Both the position numbers and the translations under genes were made by a program. Below the pieces are notes generated by a model. That model was not told the DNA's origin and ran no database searches. It saw only the letters and a list, made by a program, of their open reading frames with translations. 64,000 nucleotides of DNA from Malacoraja senta (Eukaryota): positions 6,512,001 to 6,576,000 of the forward strand of contig CM075997.1 in assembly GCA_038087875.1 (NCBI GenBank). Reading direction: 5' to 3'. Numbering within the stretch: the first letter of the stretch is position 1; every line of letters begins with the position of its first letter. This document shows, piece by piece, positions 62,611 through 64,000 of the stretch.

Positions 62611-62905
62611 AACGTTCTTGTTAAAACTCTACTCTTTTCTCACATCTTTGTCCTCCTGTTCACTTACCTCAGGGCTATTATCTATTCATACCTGCGGGAC
62701 AGCCCTCATGTAATTATTGAAATGGTACCAGGTATATCAACCTTCTACCTGAACATCGGTCGGTAGTTTAGAAAACTCATACATACACCTTGTCTTCAGG
62801 TTTAAAGGGTCCTTCCTCCTGGTCCACCTCCAACAGCTTTTACTTTTCCTGTTCATAAATAGACTTGTATATCATAATTAACTGTTTCATATACTTTTTA
62901 AATTC
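62611..62905 (-). pseudogene. Second, different ERV integrase C-terminal remnant
   Basis: Minus translation EFKKYMKQLIMIYKSIYEQEK...FKPEDKVYV...PTDVQVEG*YTWYH resembles fish class I/epsilon-like integrase tails (from recall of the family). Confidence 0.6.
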
Positions 62906-62908
62906 TAT

Positions 62909-64000
62909 CTTTTAATTTAATCTTTTTATTTGAATTTCACGGCAATTTACATACATACAATAATAACAGACAGTAATAATCAAGGCATAATTGTACAACA
63001 GTATGTAAGCGATCCTCAAAACCCTTACCCTTACCCACCTTCAACCCACCCAAGTCAGGTCGGAGCCAAACGGGGACAAACAACACTCACATACGTGCAC
63101 ATCCACACACAAATGGTAGAATAGACGAAACAAAATGTGCTATATAAAAATAAAAATAGAAAAAATAAAAAAATAAAAAATATATATATATATACATATA
63201 TATCTAAATAAACAATTGTAGGGAGGGGGGATTAAGGGGAAAGCAGCTGCTGTATAACAAAACGATGATGGAGAACACTCAGTCCTCTTCCGAGTCCGGG
63301 GACAAGGTAAGAGAGTTAACCAGTTCAAAGAAAGGGTTCCATGTATCTAGGAATGTCTTGGTAGAGCCTTTGAGAGAGAACCTAAGTTTTTCAAGTTTCA
63401 GATTGTAAAGCACCTCCTTAATCCAACGGGCGTGTGTCGGGGGACAGGTGAGCCTCCAACTAAGCAAGATCAGTCTCCGGGCTAACAAGGTTGTAAAAGC
63501 TAGGACCCGTTTCACCGCAACAGAGAGGTTGGTATTGGGAGGGGTACCGAAAATGGCTGACATTGGATTTGGAAGAATAGTCTGGTCGTAAGCTCTGCTT
63601 ATCAATTCAAAAGCACTCCTCCAAAAGGCTGCTAGCTTAGGGCAAGACCAAAACATGTGGCTATGGTTGGCAGGAGATTGACTACATCTGTTACAGGTGT
63701 CATTGACAGCTGGGTACATTCTAGCTAATCTTGCATTTGTATAGTGGACTTTGTAAAGGACTTTGCATTGGATTAGGCCATGACGAGCGCATATGGAAGA
63801 AGAGTGGATCAAATCCAAGGCAGAGTCCCATTGCTGGTCTGTTAATTGCGTATTCAGCTCTCCCTCCCACGCAGCTTTTAATGAGGTATGAGGTTTCAAT
63901 AAAACCGACCCTAGCAAATTATACAAAATAGAGATGCATTTCTTCCGATTGGGGTCTAAAGCTAAGATGATATCAGTCAGGGTTTCAGGAGGGCGATTTG
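62909..64000 (-). mobile_element. L1-clade LINE (subfamily 3): 3' end of ORF2 and 3' UTR; continues beyond window
   Basis: ORF 63279-63926 has CARHGLIQCKVL and CNRC..PANHSHMFWSCPKL. AATAAA (minus) at 62925-62930 with an A-rich tail. Confidence 0.9.

Noticed and set aside
44611..64000. Further SPHK2 exons (expected ERQNHA...SGDGL)
   Set aside because: No such peptide was seen in the ORF track or by eye; presumed beyond the window, though a short exon could have been missed.

Overview
Eukaryotic, TE-dense vertebrate DNA. The HE1-type V-SINEs, HER1/CR1 LINEs, Penelope and DIRS content suggest a cartilaginous fish, probably a skate or ray (inference). The only recognisable host protein gene is the 5' part of sphingosine kinase 2 (SPHK2): two coding exons at 43075-43501 and 44461-44610 behind a CpG-island promoter. 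No further SPHK2 exon was found, so the rest of the window appears to be intron. Upstream, 4755-41866 is an old tandem direct duplication (unit A 4755-17749, unit B 17750-41866). Each unit carries a variant tRNA-Gly(TCC), and the A/B junction falls exactly on the terminal inverted repeat of a hAT-type element whose 8-bp TSD survives in unit B. After duplication the units were invaded independently by L1, CR1, L2, a Sushi-like chromovirus, Rex1, a 1.4-kb foldback element and a DIRS. The SPHK2 intron holds a full-length DIRS, a mini-Helitron, Penelope remnants with hammerhead-ribozyme cores, and a chimeric ERV remnant (two different integrase tails, a C-depleted CR1 piece, a gamma-type env lacking its membrane anchor, and a 3' LTR). 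No intact novel protein system is supported; the most interesting signals are structural and evolutionary. Fragment boundaries without TSDs are approximate.
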